A stretch of DNA of 64,000 nt from Candidatus Omnitrophota bacterium (GTDB lineage: Bacteria; Omnitrophota; Gorgyraeia; Tantalellales; Tantalellaceae). Location of the stretch: the NCBI GenBank assembly GCA_049642065.1, contig JBAROK010000081.1, positions 6,396-70,395 of the forward strand, given 5' to 3'. The notes under the pieces were generated by a model that saw nothing but the letters and a program-made list of their open reading frames with translations, was not told where the DNA came from and searched no databases. The translations under genes and the position numbers were made by a program. Numbering within the stretch: the stretch's first letter is position 1; each line of letters opens with the position of its first letter. Shown here in pieces: positions 49,016 through 58,780 of this stretch.

Positions 49016-50302
49016 ATGGATATTTTGATAAAAAACGGGAGAATAGTAGACCCAACACAGAAAATCAATAAAAAAGGCGATATTCTGATAAAAAATGGGA
49101 AAATAGCCAAAATTTCGGCTGAAATTAAAGAAACATGCTCCACAACCATAGATGCTAAAGGTAAGCTTGTGGTCCCAGGGTTCATAGATATGCATACGCA
49201 TCTTCGTGAGCCGGGCCGGGAAGATAAGGAAACGATAGAAACGGGGCTTTTGGCCGCTGTTAGTGGTGGGTTTACTACGGTATGTGCCATGCCTAATACA
49301 GAGCCGCCTTGTGATGGGCAGGCGAACGTGAAATTCCTCCTGGAGCGGGCCAAGCAAGTCCAGCTGGCTAATCTTTTGCCTATTGGGACGATCACAAAGG
49401 GGCGGGATGGCGAGAAACTGACCGAGATGGGAGAGCTCAAGCAGGCGGGATGCTTGGCAGTGTCCGACGATGGCGATTCTGTTCCGGACTCCGGTCTTAT
49501 GAGAAGAGCTTTAGAGTATGCTTCCATGATGGATCTTTTGGTAATAGATCATTGCGAGGACAAAGAGCTTGCTGGTGACGGGGTAATGCACGAAGGATAC
49601 TGGTCAACGGTTCTGGGGATGAAGCCCATACCCGCCGAATCGGAGGCAACGATAGTTGAACGGGATATCCGGCTTGCTGAACTTGCCGGCGCAAGGCTCC
49701 ACATAGCACATGTATCTGCGGCGGCAAGTGTCGATATTATCAGGCAAGCTAAAAAACGAGGAGTTAACGTAACCGCTGAAGTTACACCACATCATTTTTC
49801 TCTAACGGACGAGGACGTGAAAACTTTCGATGCGAACATGAAGGTGAATCCGCCGCTCAGGTCTGCCGAAGATGTTAAGGCTCTTAAGGAAGGGCTAAAA
49901 GACGGCACGATTGATGTTATCGCTACAGATCACGCGCCCCATCTCGAGAGCGAAAAAGAAAAAGAGTTCGATTACGCGCCGTTTGGCATGATCGGGCTTG
50001 AGACAGCTCTTTCGCTTGCGGTTACTAATCTTGTAAACGAAGGATACCTGGACTGGCCGGGTCTTATCGAAAAACTCGCGGCTAATCCTGCAAAAATATT
50101 AAAGTACGATAGGGGAACGCTGAAAGAAGGGGCCCCGGCAGACATAACCGTTATAGCTCCTGCCGTTGAATGGGATTATACGAAAGAAAACATCCGATCG
50201 CTTTCTAAGAACTCCCCGTTCATCGGAAGACGGATGACCGCGGCGGTGACCGAAGTATTAGTAGGCGGTAAGTTGGTGATAAAAGCGGGAAAGCCGGCGT
50301 AA
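49016..50302 (+). CDS. pyrC: Dihydroorotase
   Basis: 428 aa, DMHTHLREPG metal-binding motif, amidohydrolase fold. Confidence 0.9.
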   Translation: MDILIKNGRIVDPTQKINKKGDILIKNGKIAKISAEIKETCSTTIDAKGKLVVPGFIDMHTHLREPGREDKETIETGLLAAVSGGFTTVCAMPNTEPPCDGQANVKFLLERAKQVQLANLLPIGTITKGRDGEKLTEMGELKQAGCLAVSDDGDSVPDSGLMRRALEYASMMDLLVIDHCEDKELAGDGVMHEGYWSTVLGMKPIPAESEATIVERDIRLAELAGARLHIAHVSAAASVDIIRQAKKRGVNVTAEVTPHHFSLTDEDVKTFDANMKVNPPLRSAEDVKALKEGLKDGTIDVIATDHAPHLESEKEKEFDYAPFGMIGLETALSLAVTNLVNEGYLDWPGLIEKLAANPAKILKYDRGTLKEGAPADITVIAPAVEWDYTKENIRSLSKNSPFIGRRMTAAVTEVLVGGKLVIKAGKPA

Positions 50303-50331
50303 CGCGCGGGGAAGAGCGCCCGGGGGTGAAG

Positions 50332-50850
50332 ATGCAGAACAAGAAATTCATAATCACCAGGGAGCTGGGTAAATTAGCAAAGTGGCTGCGTATCCTGGGA
50401 TACGATAGCGTATACTATAGAGAAAAAGATGTTCCCGGGATAGTGATCCAGGCGATGAGGGAAAAACGCGTGCTCCTTACGCGGAGCGCAGAGTTTACTA
50501 AATACAAAGGAATGAAGGCTGTTGTTATAAAACACGATCTTGCCGAAGAGCAGCTTGAACAGGTCACCGAAGAGCTCGGCCTGGCCCTTCCAGAAGGAGC
50601 GATATTCCATATTTGCGTGGAATGCAATACTCCTCTTGAAGGCATAGAGAAAGAGCAAGTAAAAGAAAGGGTTCCAGAATATGTCTTTAAGACGCAAGAA
50701 GAGTTCAAACGGTGCCCGAAGTGTGATAAAATCTTTTGGAAGGGAACACACTGGGATATGGCGACCGGCTGGCTTCATCAGCACGGGATAGAAGAAAAGG
50801 GAGCAAATGGCACGAAAAAAAACAATAAAAACGAAGATACTCTCCAATAA
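50332..50850 (+). CDS. Mut7-C RNase-domain (COG1656, PIN-like plus C-terminal zinc ribbon) protein
   Basis: About 172 aa. N-terminal LGKLAKWLRILGYD typical of Mut7-C/DUF82, C-terminal CVECN...CPKCDKIFWKGTHW zinc ribbon. Start could instead be the GTG at 50326. The 3' end overlaps pyrK by 44 nt. Confidence 0.6.
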   Translation: MQNKKFIITRELGKLAKWLRILGYDSVYYREKDVPGIVIQAMREKRVLLTRSAEFTKYKGMKAVVIKHDLAEEQLEQVTEELGLALPEGAIFHICVECNTPLEGIEKEQVKERVPEYVFKTQEEFKRCPKCDKIFWKGTHWDMATGWLHQHGIEEKGANGTKKNNKNEDTLQ

Positions 50851-51625
50851 ACAAGTAGCGAAAGATCATTTTGTGATCGAGCTGGAAAGCGCGTATCTTG
50901 CCAAAAATTCTTCTCCGGGACAATTCGTTTCTGTTAAGGTGCAGGAAAAAGGCACAGACCCCTTGCTCAGGATACCCCTGGGCATTCATGTGATAAAAAA
51001 TAAAAGCATAAAACTTTTGTACAAGGTCGTAGGCGACGGGACGGCAATATTAAGTTCAAGAAAAAAGAAAGAGACGCTAAACATCCTGGGGCCGCTCGGC
51101 AACGGGTTTGACCTAGAGAAGTTCCGCAAAGAGGGATACAAGAAGGCGGTAATAGTAGCAGGGGGGCATGGCATTGCGCCGCTTTATGCTCTGACGGAAG
51201 AACTTCTTTCAAGGGGAAAACAGGTAGAGGTCTTTTTTGGAACGTGTACCGGCGAACATGTGCTTTGCGTAAAGGAGCTCCGGGCAAAGGGCGTTAAGGT
51301 AAGGGTAGCGACTGAAGACGGGACATGTGGATGCGAAGGGTATGTTACCGATCCATTAAGAGAGGCTCTTGAAAAAAACAAGATAAAGGCGGACGGAGCA
51401 ATGATATTCGCCTGTGGGCCAAGGCCGATGCTGGCTGCGGTAAGCAAGGATGCCGAGAGATTCGGCATTCCTGCGCAGGTATCGCTTGATGCGTATATAG
51501 CATGCGGCGTGGGCGCTTGTCTGGGTTGTGCGGTGCGCACGAAATCAGGATATAAAATGGCATGTAAAGATGGGCCCGTATTTGATGCACAGGAAATAGA
51601 CTGGAAAACGGAAAAGAGACAGTAA
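50807..51625 (+). CDS. pyrK: Dihydroorotate dehydrogenase electron-transfer subunit
   Basis: 272 aa, FAD/NAD-binding fold and C-terminal 2Fe-2S Cys cluster (CGxGACLGC). Confidence 0.85.
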   Translation: MARKKTIKTKILSNKQVAKDHFVIELESAYLAKNSSPGQFVSVKVQEKGTDPLLRIPLGIHVIKNKSIKLLYKVVGDGTAILSSRKKKETLNILGPLGNGFDLEKFRKEGYKKAVIVAGGHGIAPLYALTEELLSRGKQVEVFFGTCTGEHVLCVKELRAKGVKVRVATEDGTCGCEGYVTDPLREALEKNKIKADGAMIFACGPRPMLAAVSKDAERFGIPAQVSLDAYIACGVGACLGCAVRTKSGYKMACKDGPVFDAQEIDWKTEKRQ

Positions 51626-51627
51626 AG

Positions 51628-52548
51628 ATGGACTTAAAGGTCAAGATAGGAAAAACTATTTTTAAAAACCCTGTCTGGGTGGCTTCAGGAACCTTCGGAT
51701 ACGGAGAAGAGTTCGAAGGCCTTGTTGATTTGCGAGAGGTAGGAGCTATCCTGACCAAGACGGTTACATTGCACGAACGAGAGGGTAACCCGCCGCCCAG
51801 GATCGTGGAGACGCCATCAGGGCTCCTCAATTCCATAGGCCTGGAGAACAAGGGCATAGATTATTTTAAAAAAGAAAAATATCCTTTTTTAAAAAAGATT
51901 GGCACAAGGGTTATAGTAAGTATTGCCGGTGAGAACAAAAAAGAATTTACTGCCTGTGCGGAAAAACTTTCCGGTAAAGATGAACCGGATGCTATAGAGA
52001 TCAACCTATCCTGTCCGAACGTAACCCATTCCGGGACGAAGTATTCGCTCATGGCACAGGACCCAAAGACAACAGAAAGCATTATAAAATCCGTCCGGAA
52101 GAAAACAAAAAGCACTCTTATAGCCAAACTGACACCTAACGTAACAGATATAACCGAGATAGCCCGGGCAGCAGAAGCGGCTGGAGCCGATGCGGTTTCC
52201 CTGGTTAATACGTACATGGGCATGATGGTCGATGCGGAGAAAATGGAACCCGTGCTTGGTAACGTCGTAGGGGGGCTTAGCGGTCCAGCGATCAAGCCGA
52301 TGGCGCTGAAAGCTGTCAGGGATGTATATGGCAATGTAAACATCCCGATTGTAGGGATCGGCGGTATAATGACAGGTACTGACGTAGCGGAATTTATGCT
52401 CGCCGGTGCAAGCGCGGTGCAGGTAGGGACGGCGAATCTGGCTGACCCGGCTGCATATAACAGGATACTCAGAGAATTTAAAGAGTATTTAGACAGACAG
52501 GGTATATTAAAAGCAAAAAATCTTACGGGAAAACTTAGAAAGCGATAA
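51628..52548 (+). CDS. pyrD: Dihydroorotate dehydrogenase catalytic subunit (class 1B)
   Basis: 306 aa, TIM barrel, ASGTFGYG, NLSCPN motifs. Confidence 0.9.
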   Translation: MDLKVKIGKTIFKNPVWVASGTFGYGEEFEGLVDLREVGAILTKTVTLHEREGNPPPRIVETPSGLLNSIGLENKGIDYFKKEKYPFLKKIGTRVIVSIAGENKKEFTACAEKLSGKDEPDAIEINLSCPNVTHSGTKYSLMAQDPKTTESIIKSVRKKTKSTLIAKLTPNVTDITEIARAAEAAGADAVSLVNTYMGMMVDAEKMEPVLGNVVGGLSGPAIKPMALKAVRDVYGNVNIPIVGIGGIMTGTDVAEFMLAGASAVQVGTANLADPAAYNRILREFKEYLDRQGILKAKNLTGKLRKR

Positions 52549-52550
52549 AT

Positions 52551-53264
52551 ATGGACGCAAGAGAAAGATTGATAGTAGCGTTGGATGTAAAAACCCCGGA
52601 AGAAGCGATCGCTCTTATTGATACGCTTTCGCCGGTCGTTGATGTCTTTAAAGTTGGCGTAGCCCCCTTTACCGGTTATGGGCAGGAGGTCTTAGATAAA
52701 CTGGAAGATGTTGGCAAAAAGGTTTTCTTGGACTTAAAGTTCCATGATATCCCGAACACCGTTAAGAATGCCGCGTACGTTTCGACCGCAAAAGGTGTTT
52801 TTATGCTGAACTTTCATTGCCTGGGCGGAAAAAAAATGTTGCGAGCGGCAGCCGAAGGCGCCAAAGAAGCAAGCGCAGCTCTTGGGAAAAAGCTGCCGAT
52901 CCTTTTGGGGGTAACGATACTCACCAGTATGGACGCAGAAGAAATGCGGGCAATAGGTCTGGCAGGAAATGTTCAAGAGAAAGTTATAGAGCTAGCGCAA
53001 CTTGCCTCAGAAGCGGGAATGGACGGAGTTGTCGCTTCAGCACAGGAAGCCGGAACGATTAAACAGAGCGTGGGAAAAGATTTTGTTGTTGTCGCCCCGG
53101 GTGTCAGGCCCGAATGGGCAGCTGCAGGCGACCAAAAAAGGATAGTTACCCCTAAGGGGGCTATTGAGAATGGTGCCGATTACATAGTTGTAGGAAGGCC
53201 GATAATCCAGGCGCCCGATCCGCAGGATGCAGCAAGACGTATAATAGAAGAAATGGAATCATAA
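52551..53264 (+). CDS. pyrF: Orotidine 5'-phosphate decarboxylase
   Basis: 237 aa, LIVALD...DLKFHDIPNT motifs. Confidence 0.9.
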   Translation: MDARERLIVALDVKTPEEAIALIDTLSPVVDVFKVGVAPFTGYGQEVLDKLEDVGKKVFLDLKFHDIPNTVKNAAYVSTAKGVFMLNFHCLGGKKMLRAAAEGAKEASAALGKKLPILLGVTILTSMDAEEMRAIGLAGNVQEKVIELAQLASEAGMDGVVASAQEAGTIKQSVGKDFVVVAPGVRPEWAAAGDQKRIVTPKGAIENGADYIVVGRPIIQAPDPQDAARRIIEEMES

Positions 53265-53288
53265 AACAAAAGACGAAAGAGGCTCATC

Positions 53289-53864
53289 ATGCAGGATATG
53301 GAGGTCATGGATCTTTTTAAAAAAGCCGGAGCTTATCATCAGGGGCACTTTAAACTGTCCAGCGGTCGGCATTCGGGAGCGTATCTTCAGTGCGCTTTAG
53401 TTCTTCAGAACCCACTGGTCGCTGCAAGGCTTTGTGGCTCTCTTGCGAAAAAGTTCCAGGCAGATATGCCGGACACGGTCATAGGTCCTGCTATGGGAGG
53501 CATCGTCCTGGCCTATGAGCTTGCACGGGCACTGAATGCAAGAGCTCTTTTTACCGAAAGGGATCAAGATGGGAAGATGACCCTTAGGAGGGGCTTTACG
53601 GTTTCTCCCAGAAACAGGGTCCTTATTGCCGAGGATGTCCTTACGACCGGTAAATCCGTTAAGGAAGTAGCAGCTCTCTTAGGGGAAGATAGCATAGTCC
53701 CCGTAGGGGTAGCGTCTCTAGTTAATAGAAGCGCCTCACCAATTGATTTTGGTGGCATAAAATGCGAAAGCCTGATAAAATTGGATATTCCCACCTTTGA
53801 AGAGGCGGAATGTCCTCTTTGTCAGGAAGGCATACCTCTAGTCAAACCGGGATCCCGAAAATAA
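53289..53864 (+). CDS. pyrE: Orotate phosphoribosyltransferase
   Basis: 191 aa, PRTase motif VLIAEDVLTTGKS. Confidence 0.85.
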   Translation: MQDMEVMDLFKKAGAYHQGHFKLSSGRHSGAYLQCALVLQNPLVAARLCGSLAKKFQADMPDTVIGPAMGGIVLAYELARALNARALFTERDQDGKMTLRRGFTVSPRNRVLIAEDVLTTGKSVKEVAALLGEDSIVPVGVASLVNRSASPIDFGGIKCESLIKLDIPTFEEAECPLCQEGIPLVKPGSRK

Positions 53865-53952
53865 AACATCAGAGTACCGCCCTATAGAAGTCTTTTATTA
53901 TTTAGGTCATAAATAAATAGGCGTTACGATATTTTTACGAGGAGGATAGATC

Positions 53953-54570
53953 ATGGAGATGGAACTTAAGAACATCATAGACAAAATAAAAACTGAAGGC
54001 GTAAGCGAAGCAGAGAAGCAAGCTGCTGGCATTACGAGTCAGGCTGAAGCTAAAGCAAAATCCATTGTTGAAGCAGCCCAAAAAGAGAAAGACGCGATAA
54101 TAAAAGAAGCAGGGCAAGCCGCCGAGAAGATGCAAAAGAACGGCGAAGAAGCCATAAAACAGGCTTCACGGGACGTGCTTCTTGGCCTGCGCCAAAGTAT
54201 AGTGGGGCTTTACGATACCGTTATAAAACGCGACGTCTCCGAACAGCTTTCACCAGACGTTCTTAAGGGGATGATATCTCAGCTTACGGAAAGCATCACC
54301 AAAAACAAAAAGTTCGACGTGGAAGTGCTCCTGAGCGAAAAAGACAAAAAACAGCTGGAAGAGATGCTTTTAAGCGGGCTCAAAAAAGAGCTTAAAAAAA
54401 GTGTCGATATAAAAGCATCTCCTAATGTCGAGCACGGGTTCCGCATAGGAGAAAAAGACGGCAGTTCTTATTACGATTTTACGGATGAGGCTATCGCTGA
54501 AGCGTTCAAAGCTTATCTTAATCCCAAGATCGCACAAATACTGATGTCGGGCACAGAAAATGCAAAATAA
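53953..54570 (+). CDS. atpE: V-type ATP synthase subunit E
   Basis: 205 aa, A/E/K-rich N-terminal helix, V-ATPase E family; GAGGAGG RBS. Confidence 0.75.
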   Translation: MEMELKNIIDKIKTEGVSEAEKQAAGITSQAEAKAKSIVEAAQKEKDAIIKEAGQAAEKMQKNGEEAIKQASRDVLLGLRQSIVGLYDTVIKRDVSEQLSPDVLKGMISQLTESITKNKKFDVEVLLSEKDKKQLEEMLLSGLKKELKKSVDIKASPNVEHGFRIGEKDGSSYYDFTDEAIAEAFKAYLNPKIAQILMSGTENAK

Positions 54571-55075
54571 ATATTATTATCTTATAGCGTCGCTACCGTA
54601 TTTAAAGTTTGGCAGCGAACCACCTATATCGAGCACAAACTTTATAGCCGAATGCGGTAAGTGGCTCGGCCAGAGCGATATGAAGACGGTTCTTGCTGCC
54701 AAGATTTCAGGTGAGGCAGAGCCGGGAGAAGGCGGAACCGTACTGGCGGAATGGAAAACGTTTGACCGGGAACTTCGGCACGAGCTTGCGCTTATTAGGG
54801 CAGCACACAAAAAAGGTGAAGAGCATAGAGGCACAGATATGCTTAAAAGTGTTTTAGAACAGGAAAACCCTTTTTTGATGGAGAAAGAGATGGAGCGGAT
54901 CAGGTGGAGTTATTTAGAAGAAAAAAGTTTGGGATGCTTTTTTGATCTCAACCGTTTGGTACTGTATTTTGTGCAGCTGCAGATAGTGGAGAGAATGGAT
55001 ATTTTTGATAAGGATAAGGGAGAAAGCTATTTCTATAAATTGTGTGAGGTAAATTATGAGCAAGCAATCGGGTAA
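54560..55075 (+). CDS. Hypothetical protein conserved at position 2 of chlamydia-type V-ATPase operons (possibly DUF2764-like)
   Basis: 171 aa; position equivalent to the hypothetical ORF between atpE and atpA in Chlamydia. Confidence 0.45.
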   Translation: MQNKYYYLIASLPYLKFGSEPPISSTNFIAECGKWLGQSDMKTVLAAKISGEAEPGEGGTVLAEWKTFDRELRHELALIRAAHKKGEEHRGTDMLKSVLEQENPFLMEKEMERIRWSYLEEKSLGCFFDLNRLVLYFVQLQIVERMDIFDKDKGESYFYKLCEVNYEQAIG

Positions 55076-56861
55076 GATCGTTTCTATTAACGGGAACATG
55101 ATAACGGTAAAGTTTGAGGATAACATTATCCAGAACGAAGTAGGATATGTGTTAAGCCAGGACAGAAGGCTCAAATCGGAAGTTATCAAAATATCCGGGA
55201 ATATCGCGTTCATGCAGGTTTTTGAATACACAAAAGGAATAAAAGTCGGGGATGAGGTAGAGTTTTCCGGGCAGATGCTTTCTGTGCAGTTGGGTCCGGG
55301 GCTTCTTACGCAGACATACGATGGGCTTCAGAACCCGCTACCGGAACTCGCTGAAAAGTTCGGATTCTTTCTTCCCGTTGGCGTGGAGCTTAGCGCTATT
55401 TCTTCTGATATCGAATGGGAGTTTACCCCTACCGCTAAAAAAGGCGATAAAGTTACAGCGGGATGTATTCTCGGATGGGTTCCCGAGGGCATTTTCCAGC
55501 ACAAGATCATGGTACCTTTTGATTTGATGGAAGAATACGAAGTGCAGGAGGTAGCTGCAAAAGGGAAATATACGGTTGATAAAAGAATAGCCGCGATAAA
55601 GGACCAGAAGGGCAAGAAGGTAGACGTTACAATGACGTTTAACTGGCCCGTAAAAATACCCATACAAGCGTTCCGGGAAAAACTGGAACCAAAAGAACCC
55701 CTGATCACCAAGGTGCGTATAATTGATACTTTGGTTCCGGTCGCTAAGGGGGGCACGTATTGTATCCCGGGGCCTTTCGGGGCAGGGAAAACTGTGCTTC
55801 AGCAGATAACCAGTCGGCATGCCGAGGTGGATATAGTCTTGATAGCGGCTTGCGGGGAAAGGGCCGGGGAGGTCGTTGAGACTTTACGGGAGTTCCCTAA
55901 ACTTGTCGACCCGCGAACGGGCAAATCCCTTATGGAAAGAACGATAATTATCTGTAACACTTCATCGATGCCGGTTGCTGCCAGAGAATCCTCCGTGTAT
56001 ACAGCAGCTACCCTGGCTGAATATTACAGGCAGATGGGGCTTAACGTTCTTCTTTTAGCGGACTCAACTTCACGATGGGCTCAGGCCATGAGAGAGATCT
56101 CGGGCAGACTTGAAGAGATCCCCGGAGAAGAAGCGTATCCCGCTTACCTAGAATCACGTATTGCTAGTTTTTATGAAAGAGCCGGTATCGTTAAGCTGCA
56201 TGATGGTGAAATCGGCAGTTTAACTATTGGCGGGACGGTAAGCCCTGCAGGCGGTAACTTTGAAGAGCCTGTTACTCAAGGAACACTTAAAGTTGTCGGG
56301 GCGTTTCATGGTCTTTCGCGCGAAAGAGCTGAAGCCAGGAAATACCCGTCGGTGGATCCCCTGGAAAGCTGGAGTAAATATACGAGTTTTATCCCGCGCG
56401 AAGAGGTTGATACCGCAAAACAGGTGCTGGCAAAAGGGGAAGGCGTAAGCCAGATGATGAAGGTAGTGGGAGAAGAAGGCACATCCTTGGACGATTTTGT
56501 TGTTTACCTAAAAAGCGAATTTCTGGATAACGTGTACTTGCAGCAGAACGGGTTTGACGAAGTGGATGCTGCTACAATAGCTGATCGGCAGACATACGTT
56601 TTCGCAAAAGTAGTGGACATATTAAAAAAAGAGTTTTCTTTTAGGGACAAGAAAGAGGCGAGAGACTTTTTCTATAATCTTAGGCACCGTTTCATCGATT
56701 GGAACTATAAGGAATGGGAGTCGGATGAGTTCAAACAGCAGGAGCAGAAAGTAGACGAACTTCTTTCCGGAGAAGAGAAGAAGCCGACTGTTCTAGTTCC
56801 AGGGGAAGAAGAAACGGACGAAGAAAAGACAGATGAAGCACAGGAAGGTGACCAGTCATGA
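55056..56861 (+). CDS. atpA: V-type ATP synthase catalytic subunit A
   Basis: 601 aa, Walker A GPFGAGKT, non-homologous insert typical of A subunits. Confidence 0.9.
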   Translation: MSKQSGKIVSINGNMITVKFEDNIIQNEVGYVLSQDRRLKSEVIKISGNIAFMQVFEYTKGIKVGDEVEFSGQMLSVQLGPGLLTQTYDGLQNPLPELAEKFGFFLPVGVELSAISSDIEWEFTPTAKKGDKVTAGCILGWVPEGIFQHKIMVPFDLMEEYEVQEVAAKGKYTVDKRIAAIKDQKGKKVDVTMTFNWPVKIPIQAFREKLEPKEPLITKVRIIDTLVPVAKGGTYCIPGPFGAGKTVLQQITSRHAEVDIVLIAACGERAGEVVETLREFPKLVDPRTGKSLMERTIIICNTSSMPVAARESSVYTAATLAEYYRQMGLNVLLLADSTSRWAQAMREISGRLEEIPGEEAYPAYLESRIASFYERAGIVKLHDGEIGSLTIGGTVSPAGGNFEEPVTQGTLKVVGAFHGLSRERAEARKYPSVDPLESWSKYTSFIPREEVDTAKQVLAKGEGVSQMMKVVGEEGTSLDDFVVYLKSEFLDNVYLQQNGFDEVDAATIADRQTYVFAKVVDILKKEFSFRDKKEARDFFYNLRHRFIDWNYKEWESDEFKQQEQKVDELLSGEEKKPTVLVPGEEETDEEKTDEAQEGDQS

Positions 56862-58150
56862 GGAAAGTGTGCACTAAGATATTGAGTATATCGGGTAACG
56901 TTGTAACGGTAAAAGCCGAAGGCGTAGCATACGAAGAGCTGGCCCAGATATCTACATGGAGAGGGATATCTCTGGCACAGGTCATCAGGCTAGACGCGGA
57001 CATAGTCTTTCTGCAGGTTTTTGCGGGAGCCGGCGGTATTTCTACCGGGGACGAAGTGAAATTCCTAGGCAGGCCCATGGAAGTAGGGTTTACTCCCAAT
57101 ATGTTGGGCAGGATATTCAACGGAAGCGGACAGCCGAGAGACAAAGGTCCTTCTATTGAAGAGAACATGATAGAGATCGCAGGACCTGCGGTAAACCCGT
57201 CGAAAAGGATCATTCCCAAGAACATGGTCAGGACCAATATTCCCATGATAGACGTTTTTAACTCCTTGGTCGAGTCGCAGAAACTGCCTATCTTTTCAGT
57301 GTCGGGAGAACCGTATAACGAAGTCTTGGCAAGGATAGCCCTGCAGGCTGAAGTTGATATTATTGTTCTTGGCGGGATAGGTCTTAAATACGACCAGTAC
57401 ATGTATTTTAAAAATACCCTTGAAGAAGGCGGCGCGTTAAGCAGGACCATCTTTTTCGTACATACTGCGGCAGATCCGATAGTTGAAGGGCTTATGGTGC
57501 CTGATCTTGCGTTGGCAGTAGCCGAGAAATTCGCGCTGGAAGGAAAAAAAGTTCTAGCGCTTCTTACGGATATGACAAATTTTGCTGACGGGCTCAAAGA
57601 GATAGCTATTACGATGGAACAGGTGCCGTCGAACAGGGGATACCCGGGTGACCTCTACAGCCAGCTGGCTGCAAGGTATGAAAAAGCGTGTGATTTCGAG
57701 GGCGCAGGTTCGCTTACGATCCTGGCCGTTACAACAATGCCGGGAGACGATATAACACACCCAGTCCCGGACAACACTGGATACATTACCGAAGGGCAGT
57801 TTTATCTGCGCAACGGAAGGATAGAACCGTTCGGGTCTTTGAGCAGGTTAAAGCAACAGGTCAATAAAGAAAGCCGCGAAGACCACAGGGCGATAATGGA
57901 CAACATGATACAACTATACGCTAAGTACAAAGAAACGGAAGAAAAACGGTCCATGGGGTTCAGGATGAGCGATTGGGACAGAAAACTTTTAAAGTACGGC
58001 AATCTCTTTGAGGACCAGATGATGGATCTTAAGGTGAACATACCGCTTGAGGACGCGCTTGATAACGGCTGGAAAATATTGTCCGATTGTTTCAAGCCGG
58101 AAGAAACGAACTTCAGGACAGAACTCGTAAAAGAATTCTGGCCTATATAA
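56858..58150 (+). CDS. atpB: V-type ATP synthase subunit B
   Basis: 430 aa, V/A-type B (regulatory) subunit family. Confidence 0.9.
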   Translation: MRKVCTKILSISGNVVTVKAEGVAYEELAQISTWRGISLAQVIRLDADIVFLQVFAGAGGISTGDEVKFLGRPMEVGFTPNMLGRIFNGSGQPRDKGPSIEENMIEIAGPAVNPSKRIIPKNMVRTNIPMIDVFNSLVESQKLPIFSVSGEPYNEVLARIALQAEVDIIVLGGIGLKYDQYMYFKNTLEEGGALSRTIFFVHTAADPIVEGLMVPDLALAVAEKFALEGKKVLALLTDMTNFADGLKEIAITMEQVPSNRGYPGDLYSQLAARYEKACDFEGAGSLTILAVTTMPGDDITHPVPDNTGYITEGQFYLRNGRIEPFGSLSRLKQQVNKESREDHRAIMDNMIQLYAKYKETEEKRSMGFRMSDWDRKLLKYGNLFEDQMMDLKVNIPLEDALDNGWKILSDCFKPEETNFRTELVKEFWPI

Positions 58151-58165
58151 AACATAAAAACCAGC

Positions 58166-58780
58166 ATGGCAAAAACACGACTCACAAAGAACGAACTGAA
58201 AAAGCAGAAAGAAGAGCTTAAGCGGTACAACCAGTATCTGCCTACTTTGATGCTGAAAAAACAGCAGCTTCAGACAGAGATCTTAAAGCTTCACCAGGCG
58301 ATGGAAGCGATAAAGAAGGAAAGAGCCTACACGAAAGCGAAGCTATACGAATGGTCGGATGTTTTCACCGAACCCGTCGGCATAGAAAAGCTCGTGAAAC
58401 TGGACAAAATAGTTACAACCACGGGGAATGTCGCAGGGATAGACATTCCTGTTTTCGAGAAAGTGCTTTTTGTTGAAGAGGAATACGATCTTGAAAAGAC
58501 GCCGCTATGGGTGGATTATGGTATTGAAGCGATGAAAAAAGTAATGATAGAGAACGCTAGGATGGAAGTCCTGAGAAGACAGGACGAACTTGTCAGGGAA
58601 GAGCTTCGCATAACGACCCAGAGAGTGAACCTGTTTGAGAAGGTTATGATCCCGCAAGCGAAAGAGAATATAAGGAAGATACAGATCTATTTGGGGGATG
58701 TGCAGACGGCGGCAGTAGTGACAGGAAAAATTGCTAAAGAAAAGATACAGAAGAAGAGCGGGCAAGGGCAGGTAGCATGA
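58166..58780 (+). CDS. atpD: V-type ATP synthase subunit D
   Basis: 204 aa coiled-coil, MAKTRLTKNELKKQKEELKRYNQYLP D-subunit N-terminus. Confidence 0.85.
   Translation: MAKTRLTKNELKKQKEELKRYNQYLPTLMLKKQQLQTEILKLHQAMEAIKKERAYTKAKLYEWSDVFTEPVGIEKLVKLDKIVTTTGNVAGIDIPVFEKVLFVEEEYDLEKTPLWVDYGIEAMKKVMIENARMEVLRRQDELVREELRITTQRVNLFEKVMIPQAKENIRKIQIYLGDVQTAAVVTGKIAKEKIQKKSGQGQVA

Noticed and set aside
48802-49527. 241-aa minus-strand ORF
   Set aside because: Antisense to pyrB/pyrC.
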